The position numbers and the translations under genes are program-made. The notes under the pieces are model-generated. The model saw only the letters and a program-made list of their open reading frames with translations. It did not search any database and was not told the origin of the DNA. From positions 12,793-76,792 of IMG/VR virus record IMGVR_UViG_3300002988_000032: a DNA stretch of 64,000 nucleotides; one strand, 5' to 3'. This DNA comes from a virus. Shown in pieces: positions 17,935-26,395 of this stretch (the stretch's first letter is position 1; each line of letters opens with the position of its first letter).

Positions 17935-17988
17935 ATCTCCATACACAGAGCGGCGAACGCCGCCGCCAAGCCAACCAGGAGACAGTCA

Positions 17989-18240
17989 ATGACGCCGGAA
18001 CGCGAAGCCGAACTGTTCGCCAAGCTCGACCTGATGCTCGAGCTGCATCGGAGGACGGAAGCCGATATCCGAGAGATGCGAGCGGACATTCGCGAAATGC
18101 GAGCCGACGTCGGCGGCATGCGGGCGGAGGCGGCGGAGACGAATAGCCGCCTCTCGAGAGTCGAAGGCCGGATCGAGGAACAGTCCAAATTCTTGCAACT
18201 CACTCTCGCGAGCCGGCAGAGCCGCAAGCCCGCCGCGTGA
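17989..18240 (+). CDS. Small coiled-coil protein (83 aa)
   Basis: ADIREMR-ADIREMR-ADVGGMR heptad repeat; AGGAGA RBS. Confidence 0.65.
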   Translation: MTPEREAELFAKLDLMLELHRRTEADIREMRADIREMRADVGGMRAEAAETNSRLSRVEGRIEEQSKFLQLTLASRQSRKPAA

Positions 18241-18284
18241 CCGGCTTTGCGTCACCCCCCACCGGAGTTTTTTGAGATCGACGT

Positions 18285-18344
18285 GACCCGCTTCAACAAT
18301 CGCCCGTTCCCGTGGGAGTGGGCGACTTTGAAACGAGACACCCC
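18285..18344 (+). repeat. 60-bp hairpin repeat, copy A
   Basis: 58/60 identical to 19005-19064; long imperfect palindrome ending TTTGAAAC. Confidence 0.95.
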
Positions 18345-18413
18345 ACACAAGGGTTTTTTGAAACAGCGCGGCGGGCCGCGGGAGCGGCGACCGGCGTCAA
18401 TAGGGGGTATGAA

Positions 18414-18902
18414 ATGAAATTCCGACTGCACAATGAACAGAGGTCGTCGCCGCTCGAGTATGAATTTCACGCGAGTTGTCAGGACGAACTAGCTGCTGGC
18501 CTCTATAGGGCGTGGATCTCAATTTACTCACAAGAAAAGAATCTCCTAAAATCTGATGAGTGGCTCTTGGCGCACAAAGCTAGGACAGTGGAGTTTTCTG
18601 GGCGGGATCAGCAACTGTACGTCGCTGAAAGGCAGCGTGAATATGCAAGAATTAGAGCGTTTCAGACAGCTAGATATTTTCTTCACGTTGGTTTGTCGGA
18701 AAGCCATCCGTTGGCGCCATGGACTCACGCTGTTGAATACTACGACGTTAGCGGCTTCCGCCATAATCTTATCGTCAACGGCGCCCCAAATGAGCAAATT
18801 TGCGCCCAAAAAAGCAAATCGTTCTTTCAAATTGAGGCGGCGGTCGATGCGCTGGAGATGTGGACCGGGTTTTCCGCCGCCCTTCTCGGCCCCAAGATAT
18901 AA
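18414..18902 (+). CDS. Hypothetical protein (162 aa, lower GC), flanked by direct repeats
   Basis: ATG 18414 after GGGGG RBS; no recognisable family. Confidence 0.6.
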   Translation: MKFRLHNEQRSSPLEYEFHASCQDELAAGLYRAWISIYSQEKNLLKSDEWLLAHKARTVEFSGRDQQLYVAERQREYARIRAFQTARYFLHVGLSESHPLAPWTHAVEYYDVSGFRHNLIVNGAPNEQICAQKSKSFFQIEAAVDALEMWTGFSAALLGPKI

Positions 18903-19004
18903 ACACCAACACAACATATAAAAGCGGGCGGGCCGACGCCCCGGCCCGTGCCGCACGGCACCCCCACCGGAGTTTTTTGAGAAACAGAGCGGACTTCCCC
19001 GCGC

Positions 19005-19064
19005 GACCCGCTTCAACAATCGCCCGTTCCCACGGGAGTGGGCGACTTTGAAACGAGACACCCC
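19005..19064 (+). repeat. 60-bp hairpin repeat, copy B
   Basis: Direct repeat of 18285-18344, exactly 720 bp downstream. Confidence 0.95.
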
Positions 19065-19149
19065 CCCCCGAAGGGTTTTTTGAACAGATCCCCGATTTTT
19101 GAACACCTGGCGCCGCGACGCGGCCGCCACAACACTCGGAGTCCGTCCG

Positions 19150-19722
19150 ATGCCGAACGCCGTGAAATTTTCAGATCTCGTCGCACTCTCGAAAGACGAG
19201 CGACGCGCCGTTCTCTCGTCCCTCTTCCCCTTCGGCGGTCTCATGACCGACGACAATTGTATCATGCACGACGCCGACCGAAACAAACTCATTCGGACCG
19301 CGATCAAGAACGCGGAGACGATTGGTTTGATCCCGGCGGGACTCCGCGTATCGGTGCGGTCGCCGCATTACGGTTCGGTGAAGGTCGAGGTCCGGGTGAC
19401 GAAGTTTCTCATATTGAACCCCGAGCATGTTCGTTACGGTAACGACAATCCCAGTCACACATATTACGACATGCCATGGGAAGCGAGGGAGCGCTTGACG
19501 CCCGCCGGCGAGGCCCTTATGAGCGCGCTCAAGGCTATCGCGTCCCAGTGGCGATATGATCGGTCCGACGCCATGTCGGATCACTTTGATACAAATTACT
19601 ATCTTGACGTTTCGTTCAATTACGAACTTGAACGCACGCAGCGCGCTTGGATCCTGTCCTTCCCGCGGTCGGTCCGCATCAGACCGAAAGTGACGGTTGG
19701 CGTTCAGTCCCGCGCCGCGTGA
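19150..19722 (+). CDS. LPD29-like (large polyvalent protein-associated domain) protein
   Basis: IRTAIK...RVSVRSPHYGSV and YDRSDAMSDHFDTNYYLDV patterns, recalled from memory. Confidence 0.5.
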   Translation: MPNAVKFSDLVALSKDERRAVLSSLFPFGGLMTDDNCIMHDADRNKLIRTAIKNAETIGLIPAGLRVSVRSPHYGSVKVEVRVTKFLILNPEHVRYGNDNPSHTYYDMPWEARERLTPAGEALMSALKAIASQWRYDRSDAMSDHFDTNYYLDVSFNYELERTQRAWILSFPRSVRIRPKVTVGVQSRAA

Positions 19723-19806
19723 CACCCCCCCACAGAGGTTTTTTGAAACGCCGCGCCCGCGCCGGTGATCGCCACCCCCACACCCGCAAGTCGGAAGATA
19801 CCCACC

Positions 19807-22800
19807 ATGTCCGTCACCATCGAATCCGCCGCGCTCAAGTCCGCTCTCGCCCGCGTCAAATGGGCGTGCGATCTCAAGTCGCGCATCCCCATCCTCGCAT
19901 GCGCTCGCATCGAGGCGCGTGGAGGGGAGGTCGTCATGACGACGACGGACATGGACGCGCTCGCGACGATCGTGGTTCCGGCGGACTCGTCGGAGGCGTG
20001 GACGGTCGCGGTCCCGTTCAAAGCTCTCGAAGCCGCGGCCAAGACAACAAAAGGATCGATCGAGCTTTCCACCGCGGCCGGCGGGTTGCTGATCCGCGCT
20101 GGCGCCGGACAATCGACCATCAAGGCTCTCGACCACTCCGATTTTCCGAGCTGCGTCAATCTCGGCGATCTCGGCGGATCGATCGTCATCCCCGCGTCGA
20201 CGCTCCGCGACATCTCCCGCAAGGTCGGATTCGCGATGTCGACGGACGACCGGCGCTATTACCTCCGCGGCATCCACATCCACCGCGACGAGACGGGATT
20301 CCACGCGGTCGCGACGGATGGTCACCGCATGGCGGTCATGGACGTCGCGGCGCGCTCCAGCGCCGGAACGTGGGATCCGGTGATCGTCGCTCACGGCTCG
20401 ATCAATGGATTGGGCAGGGCGCTCCCCGGAAGATACGCCGGAGATGTTGAAATCGAGCGGTTCGAACGGGGGGTCATCATCCGATTGCCGGACATGACAA
20501 TCGTATCCAAGGCGATCGACGGAACTTTCCCCGACTACAAACGCGTCGTCCCGTCTTTCCATCTTCGCCCGCCCGCTTCCGCCACGGTCGACCGCGCCGC
20601 GCTTCTGTCCGCTCTCTCCTCCGTCGGTTCCGCGGAACAGGCCGGATTCTACAGCGACGGTCGAGAACTGGTCATTCAAACCGACGACGCCGACGGCGGA
20701 GAGGCGGAGTCCGCCCTTCCCGCGGACTTTTCGGGCGATTTCCGGCGCTTCGGCGCGAACCGAAAGTATATGCTCGACGCCGCGACGGCGTTCGACGGAG
20801 ATAACGTCACCATCGCCCACGACGGGCCGGACTCCCCGATGGTGATCCGCGACGGCGACGCCGGATATTATCAAGTTCTCATGCCGTGCGGGCTTTTTGA
20901 AAAAATGCGCCCGCGCTCGAGCCTGGCGGACCCCGTCGTCGCGGACGCGCCCACCCCGGCGGAGGTTTTCGAAGTCGCGGAGGAAGCGCCGTCGGATCCG
21001 TCCACCGTCGAAATCATCGAAGCCGAAAGCGACGCGAGAGACACGCCCCCGGCGGAGGTTTTCGGAGAGCCGCGCCCCGCGGAAGCCGCGGGGGATGCGC
21101 CCGCGTCCGAAACGATCGAATGCGCCGTTCCCGACACCGACGATTCACCCCGCGACACGACCGGCGCTCGCGACGAAATCGCGGCCCGCTATGCCGCCGA
21201 ACTGGGGGCGAACGAGGTCAGCGACTTTCACCGCGCGTTCGCCGACGGGATTCTTCAACGGGACGCGGAATCCCTGATGTGGATTGTCAACGGCGTCAAC
21301 AAAGTCGCGCCGCGCCTCTTCCAGGCCGTGACCGGCTATCGGCTCCCTCGCGGGATCGCGGCGGGCCGAGCCGCGCTCGAGGCGTGGGGCGGACGCGCGG
21401 GCGTTCTTGTCGACATGGCGTGGAAAGAGGACTCCGCGGCGCTATGGCGAAGGGTCAAGTCCAGGAGAGTCGCGGCCGAGCGCATCATCATGGGCGAACG
21501 AACGGCGGCGGAGGTTGTCGACGACTTTATCGCCGACGGGTTCCGAGAACTCGTCTCCGCGACGACCGACGGCGGCCGGCGAGTTTTCCACTTGGTCAGG
21601 CCGACCGACGGCTTCCGGGTGAACCTGTCCGTTCATCGTGGAGCGGCCGTCTCCGCCTACGCCCGCGCGGTCATCGCCGCGATGGATCACGACGCCGCGA
21701 ACTCCGCCCCCCCGGCGGAGTTTTTGGAAGATCCCGCCCCGATCGACGACGCGTCTTCCGCCTCCGCCTTCGCCACGCTCGAACGCGCCGTCGTCGCGGA
21801 GTCAGACGAACCGCTCGGCCCGTTGGTCGTCGCCTATGAACAAGCGGTCGCGCGGGAGCGGGGGGAGGAGTGGAAAGCGCCGAAGCCGAGAGCGGAACGA
21901 AGCGCCGGGCGCGGCAAGCCTCCGGCGCGCGAACTTCCGGCGGACAAAAAAGCGGAAATGGTCGAAATCGTCGGCGTCGACTGGCGCGGAATTCCCGCGG
22001 CGATGATCGCCGTCGCGGAATACCTCGTCGCGCGCGATGCGCTGGAAGATTTCCCCTGGGCGATCTCCCACCACCTCTTCCGCCTCCCCAACGGACAAGT
22101 CCGCAACGCGTCCTCCGACGACACGGCGGAGTATCGCGCGGCGTTGGGGCGTGTCCGGGACGCCCTGGCCGCGTTCGAAGCCGCGGTCGGCTCTCCTCAC
22201 GCCCGTCTCGCTCTCGGATTGGAGGTGGACGCGAGAGACGCGGCCCCGGCGGAGGTTTTTGGAGACGCGGCGGGCACGCCGGAAGCGCCGTCCCCCGTCG
22301 AAATCGCCGAAGTGAAGGAGCGCGCGCGAGATGTTCCCCCGGCGGGGGAAGGCGAGAAGCTCGCACCGGCTCCGCGGTGGAGAGGGGGAAAGTTCCGCCT
22401 CCACGAAACACCGGCGGTGAGAATCGGAAAGCACGAATGGCGCGTTGCCGTCGTCATCGATCCGTATTTGGGGCGGACGCGATTTTCCGAATGGCGTCAC
22501 CTTGAATCCGTGGGCGAGTGGAATCATTACAGAGACTGGCCGTCGTATGATTTCAACGGACATCGCTCCGGTCTTCCGGCTTCCATCGGGAAAAAAGTTT
22601 ACGACAAGTTTGAAGCTGAAATCGACGCGGCGATGAATCGGAAATTCGATGAGGCGACCGCACGCACGATCCTTGACGACGCGCGCGCGTATTTTGAAAA
22701 ACGCACCGACCTCGCGACGGTCGCCGCGGAACTTGGGGTATCGCTTGAAGGCGCCGCCGCGGCGGTCGCGGGCGCCCCGCCGGAGGTTTTTGAAGCGCGC

Positions 22801-22866
22801 CATCTTTCGACCGCGCCGTTTTTCGCTTGCCCCATACATACGATGTATGTATCTTTCTCTTTGTGA
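19807..22866 (+). CDS. dnaN: DNA polymerase III beta clamp fused to a ~660-aa multi-module extension
   Basis: N-terminal ~360 aa has TTDMD, FAMSTDDRRYYLRGI, VATDGHRMA, IDGTFPDYKRVVP, VLMP clamp motifs; frame stays open to 22866. Confidence 0.8.
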   Translation: MSVTIESAALKSALARVKWACDLKSRIPILACARIEARGGEVVMTTTDMDALATIVVPADSSEAWTVAVPFKALEAAAKTTKGSIELSTAAGGLLIRAGAGQSTIKALDHSDFPSCVNLGDLGGSIVIPASTLRDISRKVGFAMSTDDRRYYLRGIHIHRDETGFHAVATDGHRMAVMDVAARSSAGTWDPVIVAHGSINGLGRALPGRYAGDVEIERFERGVIIRLPDMTIVSKAIDGTFPDYKRVVPSFHLRPPASATVDRAALLSALSSVGSAEQAGFYSDGRELVIQTDDADGGEAESALPADFSGDFRRFGANRKYMLDAATAFDGDNVTIAHDGPDSPMVIRDGDAGYYQVLMPCGLFEKMRPRSSLADPVVADAPTPAEVFEVAEEAPSDPSTVEIIEAESDARDTPPAEVFGEPRPAEAAGDAPASETIECAVPDTDDSPRDTTGARDEIAARYAAELGANEVSDFHRAFADGILQRDAESLMWIVNGVNKVAPRLFQAVTGYRLPRGIAAGRAALEAWGGRAGVLVDMAWKEDSAALWRRVKSRRVAAERIIMGERTAAEVVDDFIADGFRELVSATTDGGRRVFHLVRPTDGFRVNLSVHRGAAVSAYARAVIAAMDHDAANSAPPAEFLEDPAPIDDASSASAFATLERAVVAESDEPLGPLVVAYEQAVARERGEEWKAPKPRAERSAGRGKPPARELPADKKAEMVEIVGVDWRGIPAAMIAVAEYLVARDALEDFPWAISHHLFRLPNGQVRNASSDDTAEYRAALGRVRDALAAFEAAVGSPHARLALGLEVDARDAAPAEVFGDAAGTPEAPSPVEIAEVKERARDVPPAGEGEKLAPAPRWRGGKFRLHETPAVRIGKHEWRVAVVIDPYLGRTRFSEWRHLESVGEWNHYRDWPSYDFNGHRSGLPASIGKKVYDKFEAEIDAAMNRKFDEATARTILDDARAYFEKRTDLATVAAELGVSLEGAAAAVAGAPPEVFEARHLSTAPFFACPIHTMYVSFSL
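22827..22855 (+). promoter_or_regulatory. Sigma70-type promoter with palindromic operator
   Basis: TTGCCC-N17-TATCTT; IR ATACATAC-gat-GTATGTAT (22834-22852). Confidence 0.7.
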
Positions 22867-22910
22867 GGCGGACGGATCGACCGATCGCCCCGAACCGGGA
22901 GACCGAAGAA

Positions 22911-23411
22911 ATGGGCACCGAAATGGGTTTGGACAAAGCCGCGCATCTGCGCGCCCGTAAAATTCTGGATTTTACGCCGGACCGCGCTCCATCAGTCAAA
23001 GCCGCATGCGCGTGCGCCCGGACGGCGCTCCGCTTTGTGCCGGAAGGCGAGGAGCGCCCGCGCCTCGCGATCGTGGCGGCGGAAGCGTGGGCCGAAAATC
23101 CGACGAGTGACGATCTACTTGATGCCGCCCTCGCCGCGTCCCATGCCGCTGGGGTGTTTGCGTGCGGTGTCCCCCAAGGCGTGGGCGAGGACGCCGCCGC
23201 CTACGCCGCCTACGCCACCAACTTGATAATGTTTGATCCGACGGAAGCCCCGACACTGACCATAAACGCGATCGTCGAAGCTCGCGCGCACGCTGCCGAC
23301 CTTGTGCGGCACGCCCATGACTCCGGAGTACGCGCAGCGTACGAGGCCCTTCGCTACGACACCAAGCGCGAAATGGACGAAATTGTCAGACGATACACCA
23401 TCAACGCGTGA
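22911..23411 (+). CDS. Hypothetical helical protein (166 aa)
   Basis: AACACARTALRFVPEGEERPRLAIVAAEAW, an Imm5-like helical pattern; GGGAGA RBS. Confidence 0.6.
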   Translation: MGTEMGLDKAAHLRARKILDFTPDRAPSVKAACACARTALRFVPEGEERPRLAIVAAEAWAENPTSDDLLDAALAASHAAGVFACGVPQGVGEDAAAYAAYATNLIMFDPTEAPTLTINAIVEARAHAADLVRHAHDSGVRAAYEALRYDTKREMDEIVRRYTINA

Positions 23412-23424
23412 GGGGAGGGCAAAA

Positions 23425-24006
23425 ATGACGATAAGCCTATACGTCGGACTGACGAACGGAAAATTTCGGGAGGAGCTGACGGTTGACGGTGGCCACATCG
23501 ACGCGACGCCGCTCGAGGGGGGCTGCCATCGCGGTGGCGAACTTGTCATTGCGCACTGGATCGGTCCGGGCAGAGTCAGCCGCTTATGGGTGCGGCCTGG
23601 ATACGAGGCTAGGGGACGCGTGCTCGCCGACCAGTTCGACGCCTATGCCAAAAGAGAGCAAGACGAGTGGATGAGCAATGATGACGATCGGGATCGCAGA
23701 AATTGGGCAAAGCGGAACGCTATCCCCGAAGATAATGTAAAGATTTATAACGTCTATTCCCGAAAGATCAAAAAATTTGTCAACCACTTAAAGATAGACG
23801 AAAAAGACGCCGAGTGGGACTGCGAACAGGTATTTGCGACGAGTGGCGCCGGCGCGATTTATATGTTCCGCGAAGAATATCGCCTATGGGAATGGGACTA
23901 CGAGGTGAAAGCCTTCGAAAAGATCACCACGCACCAAAAAGACCCCGACGACGGCTGGGAAGAGCGCTGGGAAGCCGCCGTGAAGGCCGATGGAGCGGCC
24001 ACATGA
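23425..24006 (+). CDS. Hypothetical acidic protein (193 aa)
   Basis: GGGGAGG RBS; Trp/Asp/Glu-rich; lower GC. Confidence 0.65.
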   Translation: MTISLYVGLTNGKFREELTVDGGHIDATPLEGGCHRGGELVIAHWIGPGRVSRLWVRPGYEARGRVLADQFDAYAKREQDEWMSNDDDRDRRNWAKRNAIPEDNVKIYNVYSRKIKKFVNHLKIDEKDAEWDCEQVFATSGAGAIYMFREEYRLWEWDYEVKAFEKITTHQKDPDDGWEERWEAAVKADGAAT

Positions 24007-24518
24007 TCCGTGTCTTTATCCGCGACGAGGCGGGATCCCTGTCCGACTACATCGCGACCGACGATCCGGTCGAGGCGGAGGCGCACTACCTTCGCCTTAT
24101 CCAGATCCGCACGGTCACCCCCACGACGGCGATCATCGATCCAGGTCGCCCGACCGGGGCGCTGCTCCCGGCGCGCTACCGCCTTGACAAGACTTGCTCA
24201 CCCCCGGAAAGGGAGCAGGAAATCGAAAGGGGGGCGGTCCAGTGGCTGCCGTCCGGATCCCCGACCGTCGCGATGGTGAGAGGCCTCGCTTTGAGGCTAC
24301 GCGAAGATCATGGGGCGACGCGCGACGCTCTCGCGGCGTCGGTCGGCTACACAAAGGCCGCATGGGACGCGTGGGCAATGCCGGAGGCGGCGAAGGGGCA
24401 CCGAAGGATCCCGTGGGGGATCTACACGCTCGCCCTCATCAGGTGGGGGCTTCACCCCGACCATGCCCTGCGTAGAGGATCCCGGTCAGCCGCTCCGCGC
24501 CGCGTCGGGCGAGGTTGA
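24003..24518 (+). CDS. Protein with C-terminal KorC/Aca1-like HTH (171 aa)
   Basis: PTVAMVRGL...GATRDALAASVGYTKAAWDAW...GHRRIPWGIYTLAL; ATGA overlap with the upstream gene. Confidence 0.55.
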   Translation: MIRVFIRDEAGSLSDYIATDDPVEAEAHYLRLIQIRTVTPTTAIIDPGRPTGALLPARYRLDKTCSPPEREQEIERGAVQWLPSGSPTVAMVRGLALRLREDHGATRDALAASVGYTKAAWDAWAMPEAAKGHRRIPWGIYTLALIRWGLHPDHALRRGSRSAAPRRVGRG

Positions 24519-24728
24519 CGACGGCGGTGTGTGACACCCCCAGCGTCCGGGCGATCTGGCGGGTCGGCACGCCCGCCGCCGTCCCGGTCATGGCCAGGCA
24601 CCAGGCCCGCGTCCGCGCCGCGTCGCCCCCCGGTGGAGGTTTTTGAAGCGGCGAACGACTCCGCTCGGACCGGACCAACCCAAACGACCGCCGCCGACCC
24701 CCGGAATGGGTTTTTGGAGAGCCGCCCC

Positions 24729-25559
24729 ATGAAACCGATGCTCGCCGCCCCGTTCGAAGGGCCGATCACCTATCCCCGTATCGCCGAACCGAAGGCCAAC
24801 GGCATCCGCGGAATGGTCCGCGTTGAAAACGGGCGCGTCGTCTCCGCCGTCTCCCGTGAAGGCCGCGACCTTCCGGCGCTCGCCGGCGCGGTCGTGAAAC
24901 TCGCGCGCTCCGCCGGCGGGCCGTGTTGGCTCGACATGGAACTCCTCGCCGACACGGGCTTCGCGGGGACGCTTTCAGCCGCGAGGGGGCAGACCCAAGC
25001 CCGGCTGGCGCTCCACCCGCTCGACCTCGTGCGCGACGGGGAGTCCAAGAATCTCGTCGACAGGTTGGCGGACGTGGATGCGGTCGTCGCGGCGTGCGGG
25101 GATCCCCGCGTCATCCGCCTGGAGAGGCGCGTCGTCCACAACGAGGCGGAGGCGAGGGAAGCCTATGCCGAGTACCGGGCGAAAGGTTGGGAAGGCGCGA
25201 TGCTGAAGTCCCCCCGCTCCCTCTACGAGCCGGGGAAGCGCGGGGACGCGTGGGTGAAGTTGAAGCCCGCCCTTGACATGGACTGCGAAATCGTCGACGC
25301 ATACGAGGGAAAGGGAAAACACGCCGGGTCGCTCGGCGGGTTCGTCGTCCGCACGCCGTTCGGCGTTTTATGCCGCGTCTTCCCCGGCAAGGACGTCTCC
25401 AACGCCGATCGCGCGCGCCTCTGGACGATACGCGGCTCACTACGCGGGACGACCTGCGAGGTGTCATACCAAGAGGTTCTGGCGTCCGGGCAACTCCGTC
25501 ATGGCCGCTTCGAGAGGGTCCGCACCGATCGGGGCGCGTTCGCCTATCGCGCCGCGTGA
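24729..25559 (+). CDS. Minimal ATP-dependent DNA ligase (276 aa)
   Basis: EPKANGIR (motif I), LDMEL (III), WEGAMLK (IV), WVKLK (V), OB fold ending LRHGRFERVRTD. Confidence 0.85.
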   Translation: MKPMLAAPFEGPITYPRIAEPKANGIRGMVRVENGRVVSAVSREGRDLPALAGAVVKLARSAGGPCWLDMELLADTGFAGTLSAARGQTQARLALHPLDLVRDGESKNLVDRLADVDAVVAACGDPRVIRLERRVVHNEAEAREAYAEYRAKGWEGAMLKSPRSLYEPGKRGDAWVKLKPALDMDCEIVDAYEGKGKHAGSLGGFVVRTPFGVLCRVFPGKDVSNADRARLWTIRGSLRGTTCEVSYQEVLASGQLRHGRFERVRTDRGAFAYRAA

Positions 25560-25944
25560 TCCCCCATCGCGGTTTTTTGGAGGCCCCCCGATCGCGGCTT
25601 TTCGGACTCCCGAATGGTTTTCGGACTCCCGAATGGCGTATCATCCGCGATTGTCGCGTCCCATGCGGGCGCGGATGACCCGTACCCACCGGCACCGGGT
25701 GGAAACAGCACGATGTCGCGCCCTTATGGGCGCGGATGATTCCGTTATGCTTCGGCGGGAGCAAACCAAAGAACATTGGATGTCACGCTTTGAATTTCCA
25801 TAACGTATCTTATTGGTCGAATTCATGTGTAGCCGCGAAGATGGGCCGTCAGGACGGGGTCGACGCGGCGCGGTGTTGGATCGCATCCATGCGGGAGGCG
25901 CGGCGCTTTGAGGCCGCGCCGCGAGATAATGAGGGAGAGGACCA

Positions 25945-26283
25945 TTGAACACGATCATTCTCGATGTCGTCACCTTCGAACTGGACCGGCGCGGGATCCC
26001 TCACACGATCACGCACGGGGGAAAACATGCCAAGGTGAGTTTCGTCGTTGACGGCCGCCCCCGGCACCAAGCGGTGTCCCTATCGCCGTCCGATCATCGG
26101 GCGCCGCGAAACGCCCTATCGGAATTGCGCCGCAAACTGCCGACGGAGCCGCGCGAGGATAAGGCCGGTGAGCGCGCGAGGAAGAGGCCCCGAGGACGAT
26201 CGGCCCCCGTCTCTCGGACGCCCACGTTCGAGTGGACCAACAAGTCGGACCCGTTCGCGGTATTGGCGAATTTTGGGAGGTAG
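25945..26283 (+). CDS. HicA-like small RNase/toxin-fold protein
   Basis: GGKHAKV...SLSPSDHRAPRNALSELRR pattern; TTG start with GGAGAGG RBS. Confidence 0.55.
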   Translation: MNTIILDVVTFELDRRGIPHTITHGGKHAKVSFVVDGRPRHQAVSLSPSDHRAPRNALSELRRKLPTEPREDKAGERARKRPRGRSAPVSRTPTFEWTNKSDPFAVLANFGR

Positions 26284-26395
26284 GGGGGACGACCGCTGGG
26301 TCTAGGCCGACATGGGTATGGCGGCCCGACGGAACCGCGAACTGAATCCAAAAAGGGGATTTTCGGCGACCGCACGTTCCTGTTATGTTCCAGCC

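Larger units (their letters stand above)
18255..25626 (+). repeat. Dispersed family of C5-7-N4-6-GG(A/G)GGTTTTT(T/C)G(A/G)A motifs (at least 12 copies)
   Basis: Copies at about 18255, 18341, 18961, 19061, 19725, 20954, 21046, 21707, 22244, 22775, 24626, 24698, 25561, 25585, all plus strand. Confidence 0.9.

Noticed and set aside
18285-19064. CRISPR array
   Set aside because: Only two full copies, 720 bp apart with a gene between them; no spacer-sized intervals and no cas genes. Kept as a repeat-like element only
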